Notes: generated by a model from the sequence alone, not told the origin. DNA of 63,598 bases, filler included, from Saprolegnia diclina VS20 (GCF_000281045.1; 9 parts of 5 records of this genome joined end to end with filler, not necessarily neighbours in it), one strand, 5' to 3'. Shown: positions 48,524-61,334, counted from the whole stretch's first letter. Made by a program: numbers and translations.

Positions 48524-48751
48524 GTAGCGCACAGGTACCGTCCACTGCCAAAAGTGCAATCCGACGATGCTGCGCTGCCACGTATAGGGATATTAACGCT
48601 GCACATTCGAATTTGGTGTAAAATTACTTCTTCACACGGGCAATCAACGCCTTGAAAATATTTTCCACGTACGGTGTCGTGGACCGGTTGACGGCCATCA
48701 AGTCCTCTTGGAGCCACGTCAACTGCTGGTCGCGCTCGTGGCGCCAGTTGT
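48524..48751 (+). repeat. Composite duplicate: 48524-48665 matches 44048-44189; 48666-48751 matches 44728-44813 (phosphatase fragment)
   Basis: Direct alignment by eye. In addition, 44206-44295 matches 48121-48210 (3' end of the M28 gene, 2 mismatches). Confidence 0.85.
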
Positions 48752-48851
48752 NNNNNNNNNNNNNNNNNNNNNNNNNNNNNNNNNNNNNNNNNNNNTTAAT
48801 TAATTAANNNNNNNNNNNNNNNNNNNNNNNNNNNNNNNNNNNNNNNNNNNN

Positions 48852-50164
48852 ACAGGCGACCCCAGCAGCGCCTTGAAGAGCGGGACGCACAGCCGCATCG
48901 GCAGCACTTGGCCGTCGATGATGGCTTTGCCGAGAAGGCGGCCCACCGCCTCGATCTTGGCCAAATCGTCTGGCGACGTTGCGCCCGGGTGCAGCATGTA
49001 CACGTTGTCCTGCGTGTTGGTGACCACAAAGAGCTTGGCTGACTCGTCCATGATGGCCTGCGCAAGCACCGTGTACCACTCGCGCTGGACGCCGCCGGCA
49101 TCGAGCGCGTCTTCGCCGGCCATCGTGACGCGCGTCGTGCTGCAGAGCTCGGTCGGTGGCAGCTGCATCAAGAAGGCGAGCGACTGGTCGAGGAGCTTAT
49201 CGCGTGCGACCGTAAACCCGCTGCGAGAGTCGTACGACGCCGCCATCTGCTCGAGCATCCACGCGTACTTGAGCGAGAAGGGCAAGGACCGGAGTTGCGC
49301 CACTTGGACCGCATACCAGTCTGGGATCGTCTCGCCCGTGACCGTGACCGTGGCGGGCGTCGTCGAGGGTGTCACACACACGAGCTCGAGCGCGACAGGT
49401 GTCGTTGGCGATGGCGTTGCAGCGTCCGAGTCGCTGGCCGTGGTGTCGACCGACGGGTCCCGAAGTGGGACGAGCGTGTACGTGTAGTACGTAGTGGCAG
49501 TCGTCGACAGCGCGGTAAACTCGGGATGCAGTGCCCAGACGCTGGTCGGCGCTGCCTCGGACGGCGCCGTGCGCAGCCACATGGCGCGCGTCCTAGAAGC
49601 ACCAGCACGTGAGAGGCGAGAAGCGACTGATGCTGTACCAAGCGGCGTGCTGCAGCGCGTTGAGCTGCACAACATCGATCGTGTTCGTGCGCTCGGTGAC
49701 GGTGGCCGACGACGCCAGTGCGATACCTCCACGCACGCTCAGCATATAAGCCTTCAAGACATCGACATACCTCGGCGCGTCTCGCAGAGCGTGCACGCTT
49801 GCTTCTCGTCCGTGTTGTGAAAGCCGCAGATGCCACACGACCACTTGGTCTTCTCGGCGCCACTACGCTGCCACATGAGATACAACAGTATGAGAGAATC
49901 GTCGTACAGGTCTTCCATGTCGCCGCGCTTGAGGCCATTGAGGTTGCCAAGGTGACTAGACACAAGACAACGTACGGTGAAGTCCTCAACGATGAGCGGG
50001 CAGGATACGTACTCGTTGCGCATGAGCTCTTGCTCGGCTTCAACGTCGGCGGGCGTCTGCTGCTTCTTTCTCTTGCAGTGGCAATAGGCTATGACCAGAA
50101 GGATCACCAGCGCCGCGCCTAGAGCTATCGGTAGCACAAGCGTGAGATCGTCACCGGCGGCCAT
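48852..50164 (-). CDS. HECT E3 ubiquitin ligase with N-terminal TM and RanBP2-type zinc finger, 3'-partial, multi-exon
   Basis: TM LVLPIALGAALVILLVIAYC; WSCGICGFHNTDEKQACTLC; HECT motifs GEDALDAGGVQREWY and GRLLGKAIIDG. Confidence 0.85.
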
Positions 50165-50981
50165 TGTGCAGCCGAGTTGTGCACTGGGAAAGTGCAATGA
50201 CACGCTGCTGAATGGGTATATCAAATTTGGCAGGTTTCTGCGACACGCGGTGGACACGATGGTCGCCAACGTCGGTTGTCTGCAGCAAAAGCAGTACCTA
50301 GTACTAGTACCTGGTACTATATAGACCCATAAAGCCAATGGTAAAAGTGGCGGCATCCACGTGCCGCAAGAAGCGGCCGCAAGCACAAGCGCCGTCCTGA
50401 TGTGTGCCCACTGGCAAGTATTAAATGCTGCAGGTTTTGGCAGGCGTCGAGGTCCTGCGCTGCCAGCTACGCTGCTGGACATGATGAAGACGTCGGTGGA
50501 GCTCCGGTCTTGATCCCTCGCTTGGTTGCATGTCCAACAGCATAATTTTGCCTCTGAGAATGTGCTCTTGTCGCATGATGTGGCACCAATCTTGGCCAAG
50601 TCGTCGGCGTCGCGATCGACCGAGCTCAGCTGTGGCCAACGACCTAGGTAGCCTCAAGACGCTCAAGACGATTGCAGGTCTTCGCAGGCGCAGCCATTAG
50701 TACCCTCCTTCTAGCCGCCATGTACGAGAGCATGCGTTGTGGTCGTGGCGTCATTGGTGCCATGCACTTTCTCCGCTGGCAGCCCCGAGATTGATGCGCT
50801 TGGCGGCTTGCACGTCGGGGCCGTCGAGCCACACAGCTTCGTCCAGAGCACTGCCCATAGCAAGCGTCTGGTCATGCTTGAAGTGCACATGAAACAAAGA
50901 GAGTCCACGAAACACAAGGCGATTGCATTCATCATCAGCAACCTCATCACCTCCTAGTCGTCGCCGTCTTCGTCGTCGCGG

Positions 50982-51359
50982 CTAGCCCATGAAGTTCATG
51001 ACGACAAGGAACAAGATGAAATTGCAAAACAGGTAGTCGGCGAACGCGCGCTCGGGCGTCCGCGGCGCCGACGAGAACGCATCGGCGTTGGTCGGGTTGA
51101 TCTGCATGCGCAGCGAGACCGTGAGCACAAAGACGCCGACGGTCGAGATGAAGCCGGACAAGAACGAGTTGAACGGGAAGGTGCCCACGAGCATGCAGTA
51201 GACGAACTGCAGCACGCCCGTGGCAAGCACGTACGCGAGAAAGCCGTCGATGAGCTTCATCTTGCGGGGCGTGTTCTTGCTGTACTGCGAGAGGAGGTCG
51301 GAGAGGATGCCATTGACGTTGCCCGAGGGCGCGGGGGAAGCCTTAGCCTTGGATGCCAT
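50982..51359 (-). CDS. DAD1: Oligosaccharyltransferase subunit DAD1/OST2
   Basis: LQFVYCMLVGTFPFNSFLSGFISTVG, SLRMQIN, PERAFADY and terminal MNFMG are DAD1 hallmarks. Confidence 0.95.
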   Translation of the reverse strand: MASKAKASPAPSGNVNGILSDLLSQYSKNTPRKMKLIDGFLAYVLATGVLQFVYCMLVGTFPFNSFLSGFISTVGVFVLTVSLRMQINPTNADAFSSAPRTPERAFADYLFCNFILFLVVMNFMG

Positions 51360-51840
51360 CGTCTACCTAGACAGCGCCATGAGCATGGGCGTAGCCGACC
51401 GATGGAGCGCTCACCGCTGTCGTCGCAATAAGATGGCCACAGATTGGAACACGTCGCCCATTTGCATATCGAGTTTGAGAGGCTTTCACATCAAAGCATA
51501 GAGGTTGCATTCTCGAATGAATAAAAGTACATACAAGATGCAAGGTACTCGAATGCAATTCAATAAAACGACACGTGTGCAAAACCGGGTACATAGATAT
51601 TATCCGGATGCGATCTTTGACGCGCAACGTGGCACGACCGTATTTGCCGAACGCATCGCCGCATCCCCGCATCCCCGCGTCGAGTCGGTTGAGTTGATGG
51701 CCTCGTACGCAGCGCCGGGTCGGATGCTACATGCATCGGCTCGACGAGGAGTGTCTCCTCAACAGGTAGCCCACAGCACTGCACCACCAAGGCTGCAACC
51801 AAGACCCTTGTGGTTTCAAACCAGATTTTGCACAGTTCAT

Positions 51841-53050
51841 TTATGCACTTTGTCGCAAGTACTGCATACGCCGCCGCGACACAAACACGCCGATGATCGT
51901 AAGCAGTAGTGTCGCGGCCGTCACGAGGCTGGCGACGACGATCCACATATCCATGGCCATGCCGCCAAACGTGAGCGCGCCGTCGACCGTGGTTGTGGAC
52001 GCGGGACCGCGCGACGCGCCGAGCGCTCGGACTGGAAAGACGTTGAGGCCACAGTTGACGACGTCGTCCACGTGAAGATGCATGAAGCCGTGGAGGCCCC
52101 ACCCGACGCCGTACGAGTTTTTGAGAATCCAATAGTCGCCTTGATCGCTTGTGTCGTAGCCGACGAGCAATAGCGCGTGGTTGATCTTGTCCGACGACAC
52201 GATCGGCGGACACGTATACACACCGAGCGAGTAGTCTTGGAATCCGCCTTCGGTGCTCACAGCCACGGCCAAAGGTCCCTTGGCGAGTGCGGTTTTGAGC
52301 AGCGTCGCTGGATCCTTCGTCGTCGCGCACGACGCTGCCGTCAGCGCGGGTTCCCAGCCCGTGATGTGTGCTGTTCAGCGAGCTCGTCGAGACGTGCTGC
52401 GCTGCATGTGTTGTACTGCGTGGCGTTGGCAGTCAACGCACGCGGCGCCACGGCGCCACTGGTTGCGTTCGTGCTCGGAACACTGTCGTCGACATACGGC
52501 CAGTCGAGGCGGACGCAAGGTTCACAATTTTTTTGGCCGCGTCGTCCAGTGCCACGTGTGTCATGCCGCCGTCGCAGCCTTTGTTGTGCCCATCCCACTT
52601 CATGGATGGCTCGAGCCACTTCGGTACGTTGCCAGCGTTGGCAAAGCAGTATTCAAATGTGCGAATGGCCTTGGAAGTGCTGCACGTCCGGAGCTGCTGC
52701 GACGAGAGCGACACTGGCGGGTTCCCGGTCGCAAGCGACACGGCCGTCTCGATCACGTCGGTGGCAGCAAACGCCCAGCACGACCCGCACTGGCGCTGGC
52801 TCTTGGCCTCGGCGCACACACTGCGGCCCGTTGGGTTGTTGGTGCTGCACCAGTTGAGCGACGGGACCGACGACGCGGTGCTAAGGCGCCGCTGCATCGC
52901 GTGCTGGTTCCACCGGACAACGTCGTGGGGGTCGCCCATGCCAGTTGTATCCTCGACGACATGGCGTGCATTAAGGTCCCGCGTCATACCGTGTTGAAGC
53001 GCTTGGGCGTGCGCGTTGACGTCTAGTGCGATGGTATGAACCTCGTACGT
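51841..53050 (-). pseudogene. Papain-family (C1A) cysteine protease with C-terminal TM anchor, interrupted by two frameshifts
   Basis: QRQCGSCWAFA, GCDGG, INHALLLVGY and YWILKNSYGVGWG lie in different frames, with shifts near 52510 and 52375. N-terminus not resolved. Could be sequencing errors. Confidence 0.7.
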
Positions 53051-53707
53051 CCGTCACAAAAGTACCTTCGATGAATGGCATGGGCGCTCGCAGGTGATGC
53101 GCCACCCGGTTGTTTTTGTGCAGGTCAACCTGAGAACCCGGTGGCGACGACCGTGCTTTGCGACAGCCCTCCTCTTCAACCTCGACGCAGCGTGCAACGA
53201 GTGTGGCAGCGGCTCTCGACGCACGAAAGGCTCTTGAGTCTCCCAAGGGCCGCCCATGTGTAGCATGGGTTTTGGCATGGGTAGCTCCCGCCGTCGTATC
53301 GTCGTATCAACAGGGTTTAGGGGTTGAAGGTTGAGGAATTTGGTTTTGTCCGTGGTGGTGCAATCGCTGGTGATGGCCCGTGCAGGACGGGTGAGATCCA
53401 TTCTCGTATCGATGCTGTTTTCTACATTCTGGTGCTAGGCACAGAAGGCCATGCAGGTATTCTGGCTGCAGCCCTGTAGCAGCAAAGTCTTCGCCTTTCA
53501 GCACTCGCCAGCCAGTTTGCGTCGTGTGGCCGTTCCTTCTCGTCATCCGCGCACCAATACTCAGCATTCGGAAGAAAAATGCATTGGCGAGAGCTATTGG
53601 CGAGTCGAATGATCTACGAGACAGCGAGAGCACGATGCGAAGGCCGCTTGCTCGACGTTGCGCCCATCTGGAGTGCGGAGTGAATTGCTCTGGGCGCTCA
53701 GGCGAGC

Positions 53708-55480
53708 CTACAAGAAGCTGTGGATCATGGCTCACAGAAAAGTGCACGGTATGAGCGTACGCAGAGGGCGAGAGATCAAAGAGCGACGGCAGCAGCTTCT
53801 TGTTGATTTTGCCCATGGCGTTTTTCGGGATCGCCGTGACCATGTGAATTTTGCGCGGAATTTTGTACTTGGCCAAATTCGCTTTCAAAAACGCTGGGAA
53901 AGGTGGCGAGAGCTCGTCGACGCCTACAACGTCGATTTGATATATGGCGTATACAGGAGGCCATGACGTACTGTGAATGCCAGCGTCGGAGCGAACGATC
54001 GCCGTGACGATCTGACCCCACGTTTCGTCGTCGACGCCGTAGACCGCACACTCGCGGACTTGCGGGTGCTCGAGCAGGACGCGTTCGATCTCGAGCGCGG
54101 AGAGCTTGTACCCGGCGCTCTACGACACTCCATGGAGTTGCGCTTCCAAGTGGCCACCGACATACCTTGATGATGTCGACGCTGGCGCGGCCCAGAATGC
54201 GGTAGCTCTGGAGCTCTTCACTGTACTCGGCCACGTCACCGGTTTGAAACCAACCGTCTTCCGTCCACGCCTTCTTTGTATCCCCCGGTCGGTTCCAGTA
54301 GGCCTACGATGGAAGCTGCAGCACGACGCCATGCCACGTACGTGTACCTTGAAGAGCGTCGGGCCGCGGACTTCGAGGGCACCGGCCTACGCACCATACG
54401 TTCGTCGTCTTGGGCGTACACGCATCGAAACGTACTTCGCCAATACGGGCTTGGACGCTAGGAAATGGCTGGCCCACATAGCCAACGTGGCGAGGGCCCG
54501 CGATCGGGTTGCCGAGCGCCATGCCGCACTCGGTCATGCCGTACCTAGTCGTTGACAATAGTGTACAAGTTATGCACATAAAACCGTATATACCGCTCCA
54601 AGAGACTCTGGTTTGTCAGCGCGGTCCAGCGCGACAGAATCGAGACCGGGCACGCCATACTCCCGGAAATCGCAAGCCGAAGCTGCTTGGCGCCAGCGAC
54701 AAATGCCTCTTTGGGCTCAGGCAACTTGTCAAATGCCTCGAGAAGAAGCATGTACACGCTTGGCACGGCCATGAGGATCGTCACGGGCTGCTCATGCCGG
54801 GCCAACGTGGCCCAAATGACGCTGGTCGACGCGCTCACGAGGCACTCGACCGTCGCGCCGGCGCAAAGCGGCGCGAGGAGGTTGTTCATGATGCCGTGGA
54901 TATGGTGCAGCGGCAGAAAGTGCAGCACGCGATCGGTCGGCGACAGCGCCCACGACGCCATCAAGTCCGACACCTGCGCATGCAAGGTCGCATGCGTCGT
55001 GAGCACGCCTTTCGGGGCGCCGGTCGTGCCGCTCGTGTAGAGAAGCATCGCGTCGCGATCGACCTCCTTGTCCACGAGCGCGTCCAAGTCGCCGTGCCAC
55101 GCGTTCAGGTCGATGCTGTCGAGGCGCACGACGACCGTGGCCGTCATGTCGGCCACGTCGGCGTCGCGCAAGAGGACGTGCGTCGTACACGAGTCTTTCA
55201 ATATGTGCTCGCGCTCGCGCGCAATGCTATGCGGCGAGATCGGCACGGCAATGTGGTTCTTGAGCCAAATCGCCCACTGGCAACGTACAAAGTCGAGCGT
55301 TCGGTGCGCGAGAAAGGCCACGGACGTTGGCGTCGACGGCAAGTGGGCTGCAATCGCTGCCGCTTGAGCGAGCAAGACGCGCGTTGGCAACGTCTCGGAG
55401 CCAGCGCCGTTGGGCAGCGGCGCCGTGAGCACACCGTTCGAGGCCAAGACGTGACGAAGGAGGAAGGGCGACGGTGCCAT
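53708..55480 (-). CDS. AMP-binding acyl-CoA synthetase (malonyl-CoA synthetase ACSF3/AAE13-like), multi-exon
   Basis: LYTSGTTGAPKGV, LPLHHIHG, LLER|YGMTECGM (intron 54545-54593), ILGRASVDIIK, KYKIPR, PKNAMGKINKK. The 3' end assumes a final 43-nt intron. Confidence 0.85.
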
Positions 55481-56121
55481 GGCGTCGTCGGCAAAAATGA
55501 ACAACAGCAAAGTGTTTTAAACATCAAATGCACATGTTGGGTTCGGTTCGATACTGAAAGCAAGTCATTTTGCTGGCAAGTGAATCGTAGCGGATTTTGC
55601 GGCTAGAAACACGCCATTTTGGGTCGACCCTGCGCTGCACCCACACAGCAACAGGCGTCCATGCAGCGACTACATATTCACTATAGTGTCCATCAAAATG
55701 GCGCCGGCCAAAGGGCAGCTCGAAAACTGCGTGTTGTTAGTGGAGCCGGTGGCGATGGCCACGGGTTGCTACAATACCCCTTGGCGCTTGAGCTTGAGTG
55801 CAGACGGTGATGTTGTCGTGTTGAGCGTTCACAACCTGTCGGCACGACAAGAAATCCAGGCTACTCGCTCATTGCCACTCGTTTCAGACGTCGCGTATAC
55901 GCGTTATCGGCGTGGCGACGAGGCCGGCTAGTAACTTCAACCGCCGACCGCTTCGTCGCCACCGAAAGATCCATCGAGCCGACAAGTGATCCTTGTAATG
56001 CAGCTTTCTACAACGAAGACAAGTGCACAAGTGTGATTAGTGATTGCACCTACCGCATCTCTTGCGCGTGGTGGCCGTGTCGAAACCTGCCACCGTGCAT
56101 CTCAAGTGCGTTGCCCACCAC

Positions 56122-56649
56122 ATGTCAAGTTGCCACTTCATGGACACGCCAGCTCGCTCCAGCACCGTGCGTCGCTGCTCGCGCGACGGTTGTCTCAACC
56201 AAGTGTACGCCCGCGCGCTCTGCGTGCGCCATGGCGGGAAGAAGCAGTGCCGTGTCGAAGGCTGCTCCACCTACGCGCGCGGCGGTGCCTTCTGCTTCAA
56301 GCACGGTGGTCGGATCACACGGCGCTATTGCATTGAGCCTGGCTGCGCCAAGCAAGCCCACGCCCGCCAACGCTGCGTGCGACACGGTGGCGGCCGAAAG
56401 TGCAAAGTCAACGAGTGCGAGTACCTCGCCAAGTACTCGGGCTACTGCCGTCGGCATACCACTGCGACCGTTGCGTCGTTCGTGAACGAAGAAACGCCCT
56501 CGTCGACCAGTGCCGTTGACGCGATGGACATTGAGTTTGACATGCTGACGCTCTTGGCGCAGCCAACGTCCGACGCCGAGGACACCGACGACGAGGCTGC
56601 TCGTCACGGCATCGACTGGATACACACGCTGAACGAAAGCCCGCCATAA
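56122..56649 (+). CDS. Cys-x4-Cys...HGG repeat protein (WRKY19-like zinc-finger repeats) with acidic tail
   Basis: Four C-x4-C-x9-C-x2-H units (CVRHGG, CFKHGG, CVRHGG, CRRH). Confidence 0.8.
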   Translation: MSSCHFMDTPARSSTVRRCSRDGCLNQVYARALCVRHGGKKQCRVEGCSTYARGGAFCFKHGGRITRRYCIEPGCAKQAHARQRCVRHGGGRKCKVNECEYLAKYSGYCRRHTTATVASFVNEETPSSTSAVDAMDIEFDMLTLLAQPTSDAEDTDDEAARHGIDWIHTLNESPP

Positions 56650-59600
56650 ACCACCGTTTTAACAAAATAGAACCAATTTAGAACCGCCTCGAGGAGCAAG
56701 GGTGGTGCCAGGGACATGCCGAGTGCGTCATTGATGCCGCAGCAGGACGCCCGGTCAGGTCGCCCGGAACCCACTGGTAGACCGACCAGGTCGGCCGCCC
56801 CCCGCCCCCCATACATCCCTATTTGATAAATCCAAGTGATATTGTACTTGTTAAAATGCATGATCGTCAATAGGAGATTCCTGGGAGAAGGATATCTACA
56901 CTACTGTATTGTCCTCCAACATGAGTGTACTAGTACACACGCAGTCCAGCAGGACGCCGGTCACCCCGGGGGGTCGCCCGAAACCAGCGGGTTCGGCTTT
57001 TTGGCCCCCGACCCCCCACCTGAGGCCCATTTTGACCCGCGGGGTCGTCCACAATCCCTTAGGACCCCCGAAATTTGTCCTCGGCTATTGTAACAGATAC
57101 AGGGGTGGCCGGGCGTCCTGCCGTGGCACCACAAGAATGCTGATGTCTCGTGTGATCCCTTTCCGCATAATGATACCGCGTTGGGTTGTGTGCTGTACCG
57201 TATTCGTATTCCTCTGATGATTATACGTCGGAAGCTCCAGTGTTGTCGGTGTCGCCTTCACAGGCATGCGTCCTTGACAACACAAGCCGCTATCAGCCAC
57301 TGGTTGCCGCCAGGGGGGCGACAACCCGCCCAAGTGAAAAAAGTGCTTTTTGGGCTCCAAGGAGGTGTACCACTGTACCCATGATGACTAATCAACGTCA
57401 AACTCATTTCGACCGCCATGGCCAGTATGCGTGGACACGGTGTGCTTGGTCTTGCCACATTCGCCACAGACTTCGGTTACTCTGGTCTTCTTCCCCATTG
57501 CGCCAGCTCAACAAGCTTGGCGTCAAGCGGGATGTCAGGTTGGTGGCATTTTTCGAGCTCGTTTTATCCGGATACGATATCTTATTGGTCAAAATGATTT
57601 CGCATCAGCCAATCACAACGCCGTATNNNNNNNNNNNNNNNNNNNNNNNNNNNNNNNNNNNNNNNNNNNNTTAATTAATTAANNNNNNNNNNNNNNNNNN
57701 NNNNNNNNNNNNNNNNNNNNNNNNNNGGGTTGTAGGACACAACGTTTTGATTGCTCACGGTAGAGGTGGGGGATCCGTGCGGCGTCCGCCTGCCGCGATA
57801 TATGTGGTACTTGTTGTTCGCCAGTTCCGCTTCGGGTAGTGATGTTTGCAAACACCATACATCAATGCGCGTATTGAACTTGTTTTCTGTGGTGGCCGTC
57901 TCGCCAGCTGCCAACAAAGGATGACAGAATGCTCTTAAATTGCATCGGCGAACCTCTGGTACGTGTCTTGACGCAGATTTGATTGGTTGAACGCGTAATA
58001 CTAGAGCCGATTTTCCCAAATTTTCGCAGATTTGATACTGGAACAGTTCGCCCATGATGTGCAATATGAAGTCATCCGAGATACGCTGGTGCACGAAAGA
58101 TTCGACGAAATCGAGCATCGTGACTGTGCCACCATACCACATCTGACCAATTGTCCACCGAGGTTGTTCAAGTAAGAAAACATGTGGAAAGTGTAACGAA
58201 TCGTGGTGTTTGTTTGTTTCTCTGATGCACACACACGACTTGCCGATATCGACCGGCCGGTGGGGTCCGTTAAATACATTGTCGTGACGCAGACCACCAT
58301 GTTGGCAAGACGGCCGAGATGGAGCAGGCATCACAAAAAACATGATACACGCGAGCACACGGCAGCAATGTATCACAAAAATTGTTTGCCAGCGTCATTA
58401 GCCGAAACTTCTGCCCCCAAATGTGTTCCAGAACACCACTTTTCAAAAGCACCAGTGCTGGAACACTTACACCCAACCTTCTACGTGTTTTTGCCAATCA
58501 GAGCGCTAATATTTCCAGCTGCCAGCCGATCTCGCTCAATCACAACGATATCCGTTTTGAAGATTTGCGGGGCGACATCCAAGCTTGGTTTACTTTGACT
58601 TCACTAAAAATGCTTAAGAGACAATAGTGCAAAAATTAAAATTGTCCGGAGATACGATGAAACAGCAACGACAACACCTGTGTCTGCTCCACAGAAGTGT
58701 GTACTACGTACGTGAATTGACTTGCTGGTCGAACCGCTTCGCAACCAAAGTAACTCTAACCCAGAATATCCTACTGAAAAAGGTGTACTGAGATTTGTTG
58801 GTTCGAAGAACAGGTGATTGGAGAATTGGAGAAATAATTCTTTTAAGTAATACATGTCTGTATCGCCCACCTTGTTTTTATATTGACGACCAGAACATTT
58901 GCATTTGAGTATTATAGTTTTAACAACCATAAAGAGCTTGGACAAAGCGGTTTGTAATCGTACAGCAGCATGCAGCACCCCAAAATACCAACAATTCAAC
59001 ATTTCAGGGTATTGTTTGTGCACATTTCTTCGTGATCGCAAAAAAACTCTTACGGCATTCAATATATTAATTATTGAATTAATGCCTGTAGAGCTTTAAT
59101 TATAATGTTGCTGGTCGTAGTGCGCTGTGATTCCATTATTGACCGTATTGCGGTTTATATTTAAAAACGTGACTTTTTTTCAATACGCAACCTGCCTTCT
59201 ACGCACAAGTCTATAGCCAGTGTATATATAGTGCTCACGGCTCTCGTTGTCCGGGAATCCAAGTGATGTTTGCATTGTTTGCTGTATTTCGGGTCTTGCC
59301 TGACGGAGAAAGCTATTGTCCTCAGCAACACATAACAAAATGCAAAAAGTTGTGTAAGATTTACGTTTGCACCAGCAATTAGATAAATAATTGCCGCCTT
59401 GGGACCTAAAGTGGAAAGTGTCTAAGAGTACGAACCCGGTCACCACTACCATGGTAAGTTCGAAACACAACCCGAGGTTGCAGTCTTTCTTCAGGTCCTC
59501 TTCAATAGTATGTCGCTAGTGGTTCATGCGACCGCCGCTACAGCCATTAAGTACACGTGTCATCCGTTCAAAAACGCATTTCAATCGTTTTCTTGGAAAG

Positions 59601-59985
59601 TTTTCCAAATCACCTTGGCCGGATTTCACCGCGAGGTATGGATCTTACGAATCTAGATCCGAGCCGATGCACTTAATCCCGTTCGATCCCATTTCGCCTT
59701 GATCTCCTTGAATCAACGAAGAAAGCGAGAGAGAACAGAACACGGCCTATGATATTCTGGTAGCGAAACGACCCTAAAATATTGAGTACTCAATTTTGTT
59801 ACGGATAACCGGCGCTTCTTTTTAGGAAGTTGACCTTCCGCGTTGCAGATCAGAAGGTGTGGCGATTCAACGTTTACGGACATCTNNNNNNNNNNNNNNN
59901 NNNNNNNNNNNNNNNNNNNNNNNNNNNNNTTAATTAATTAANNNNNNNNNNNNNNNNNNNNNNNNNNNNNNNNNNNNNNNNNNNN

Positions 59986-60939
59986 TCGACGCAGCCACTG
60001 TTGACAAGATCGCAGCGTCGCAAAACTTTACCAAGCACCCAAAACTAGCGATCGCAGCCTTCCACCTCTGCTCGGGCAACCCCGACGCTCATGTGTGCAA
60101 CGACGAGTCACTCAACGGCCCCGGTGGTCGCGCAGTTTGCGAACGCATCTTGCGAGCTGTTGGGGATGTAGTCGGTCAGGCAGACGCTGCACGCTGTCAG
60201 AAGAGTGCGCGCCAGCGAGATGCCGGATCCGGGCGCATCGCTGCATGTGCCTCGTGCAACGAGGCACTCTACGAATGCGAAGATCAGATTGTTGACGCGG
60301 GGCCTGTCGAACACCTACCCACAGTGTTTCGCCTCGATGACTTCCAAGTTGCTCGGCTGCCGCGCGACAGCAAGCTCGTCTCCGACATTGTGTCGGTGCT
60401 CCGCGTTGATGGTGTGCACTATCATCTGAACCCAAGCCTTGTCCCAGACAAAAGCAACGTCGTGCTGTGCTCGATATGCGCCAAGGACCCGACGGCAGGG
60501 TCTTACAACGTTGCGCCCTTCAGTATCGCCAAGGGCCACGACTACGGGCGGTGCGAGACGTTGCCAAAAATCAGCGACGCTACCTTGCGGGCTATCACAG
60601 CTGCACGTGCGCATCATATTAAATATTAACCTTCTTGTGCGCCCACACCACGCAACCGCTCACTGCATTTGCTTTTTTGCGGATGGGCCGATCCAAGTCG
60701 CCAAGATTTTGCCTGAAGTCACGGACGGGCGACGATTCCATGTGACGTACGTCGGACCACACGAGAAGTGCGACGAGACGCTCAAGTCCATCCGTGAGCA
60801 CCACGAGATCGTTGCAGACACCGCTTTTCGATTTCTTCACGTCTGGAAAGGCGTGGGCCATCCGGGCTACGTTGACGTCACTATCGACGACAGCACAGAA
60901 ATGCGCGATCGCATGGCCGCTTCGGTCTCTCGTGCTTGA
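59986..60939 (+). mobile_element. Helitron RepHel N-terminal (DUF6570-like) fragment, frameshifted near 60620
   Basis: LCSIC...PFSIAKGHDYG, AHCICFFADGP..VAKILP and WKGVGHPGYVDVTID resemble the Helitron-associated SLANG / GHxxxFP / LKxxHPxY patterns. Confidence 0.55.
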
Positions 60940-61029
60940 AAACTGCAGCCCTGGTACGTCGTCCACCCGTGGAAATCATACAAAGCTCTATCGATTTCAT
61001 ACCATTACAACAATAACACGCGTCTAGTT

Positions 61030-61334
61030 GACGGGGACGGCTCTCGATGCGACATACTTGTCGCCCAAACAAGACGGTCAAGCGCGACATCACGTTGCTC
61101 GATGACACCGGCACGATTAGCCTCACACTTTGGGTCGCATACGCCGAAACCGCGAAACCCGAGTGGCAAGGCCAGACCATTCTGGTTCACCAATGCGTCG
61201 TCGCCGAATATCTCTACGTGAAGTACTTGGCCACTACGTATCGAACCACACTTGATATCGACCCCCCAACACCCGAAGCTACTCGCCTCCGCCAATCGTT
61301 GCACCAACAAGGTCGTCTGCCTAGCACCAACTAA
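61030..61334 (+). CDS. RPA70-like OB-fold fragment, probably Helitron-borne
   Basis: KRDITLLDDTGTISLTLW and LDIDPPTPEATRLR match RPA1 OB domain B patterns. Confidence 0.6.

Noticed and set aside
53307..53888. Long C-terminal extension or fusion of the acyl-CoA synthetase toward the papain gene
   Set aside because: A 43-nt GT-AG intron gives a nearby stop at 53708, and the extension lacks coding bias.
57727..59885. AT-richer contig as viral or foreign DNA
   Set aside because: Only short broken ORFs with no motif I can recognise; cannot be classified without a search.
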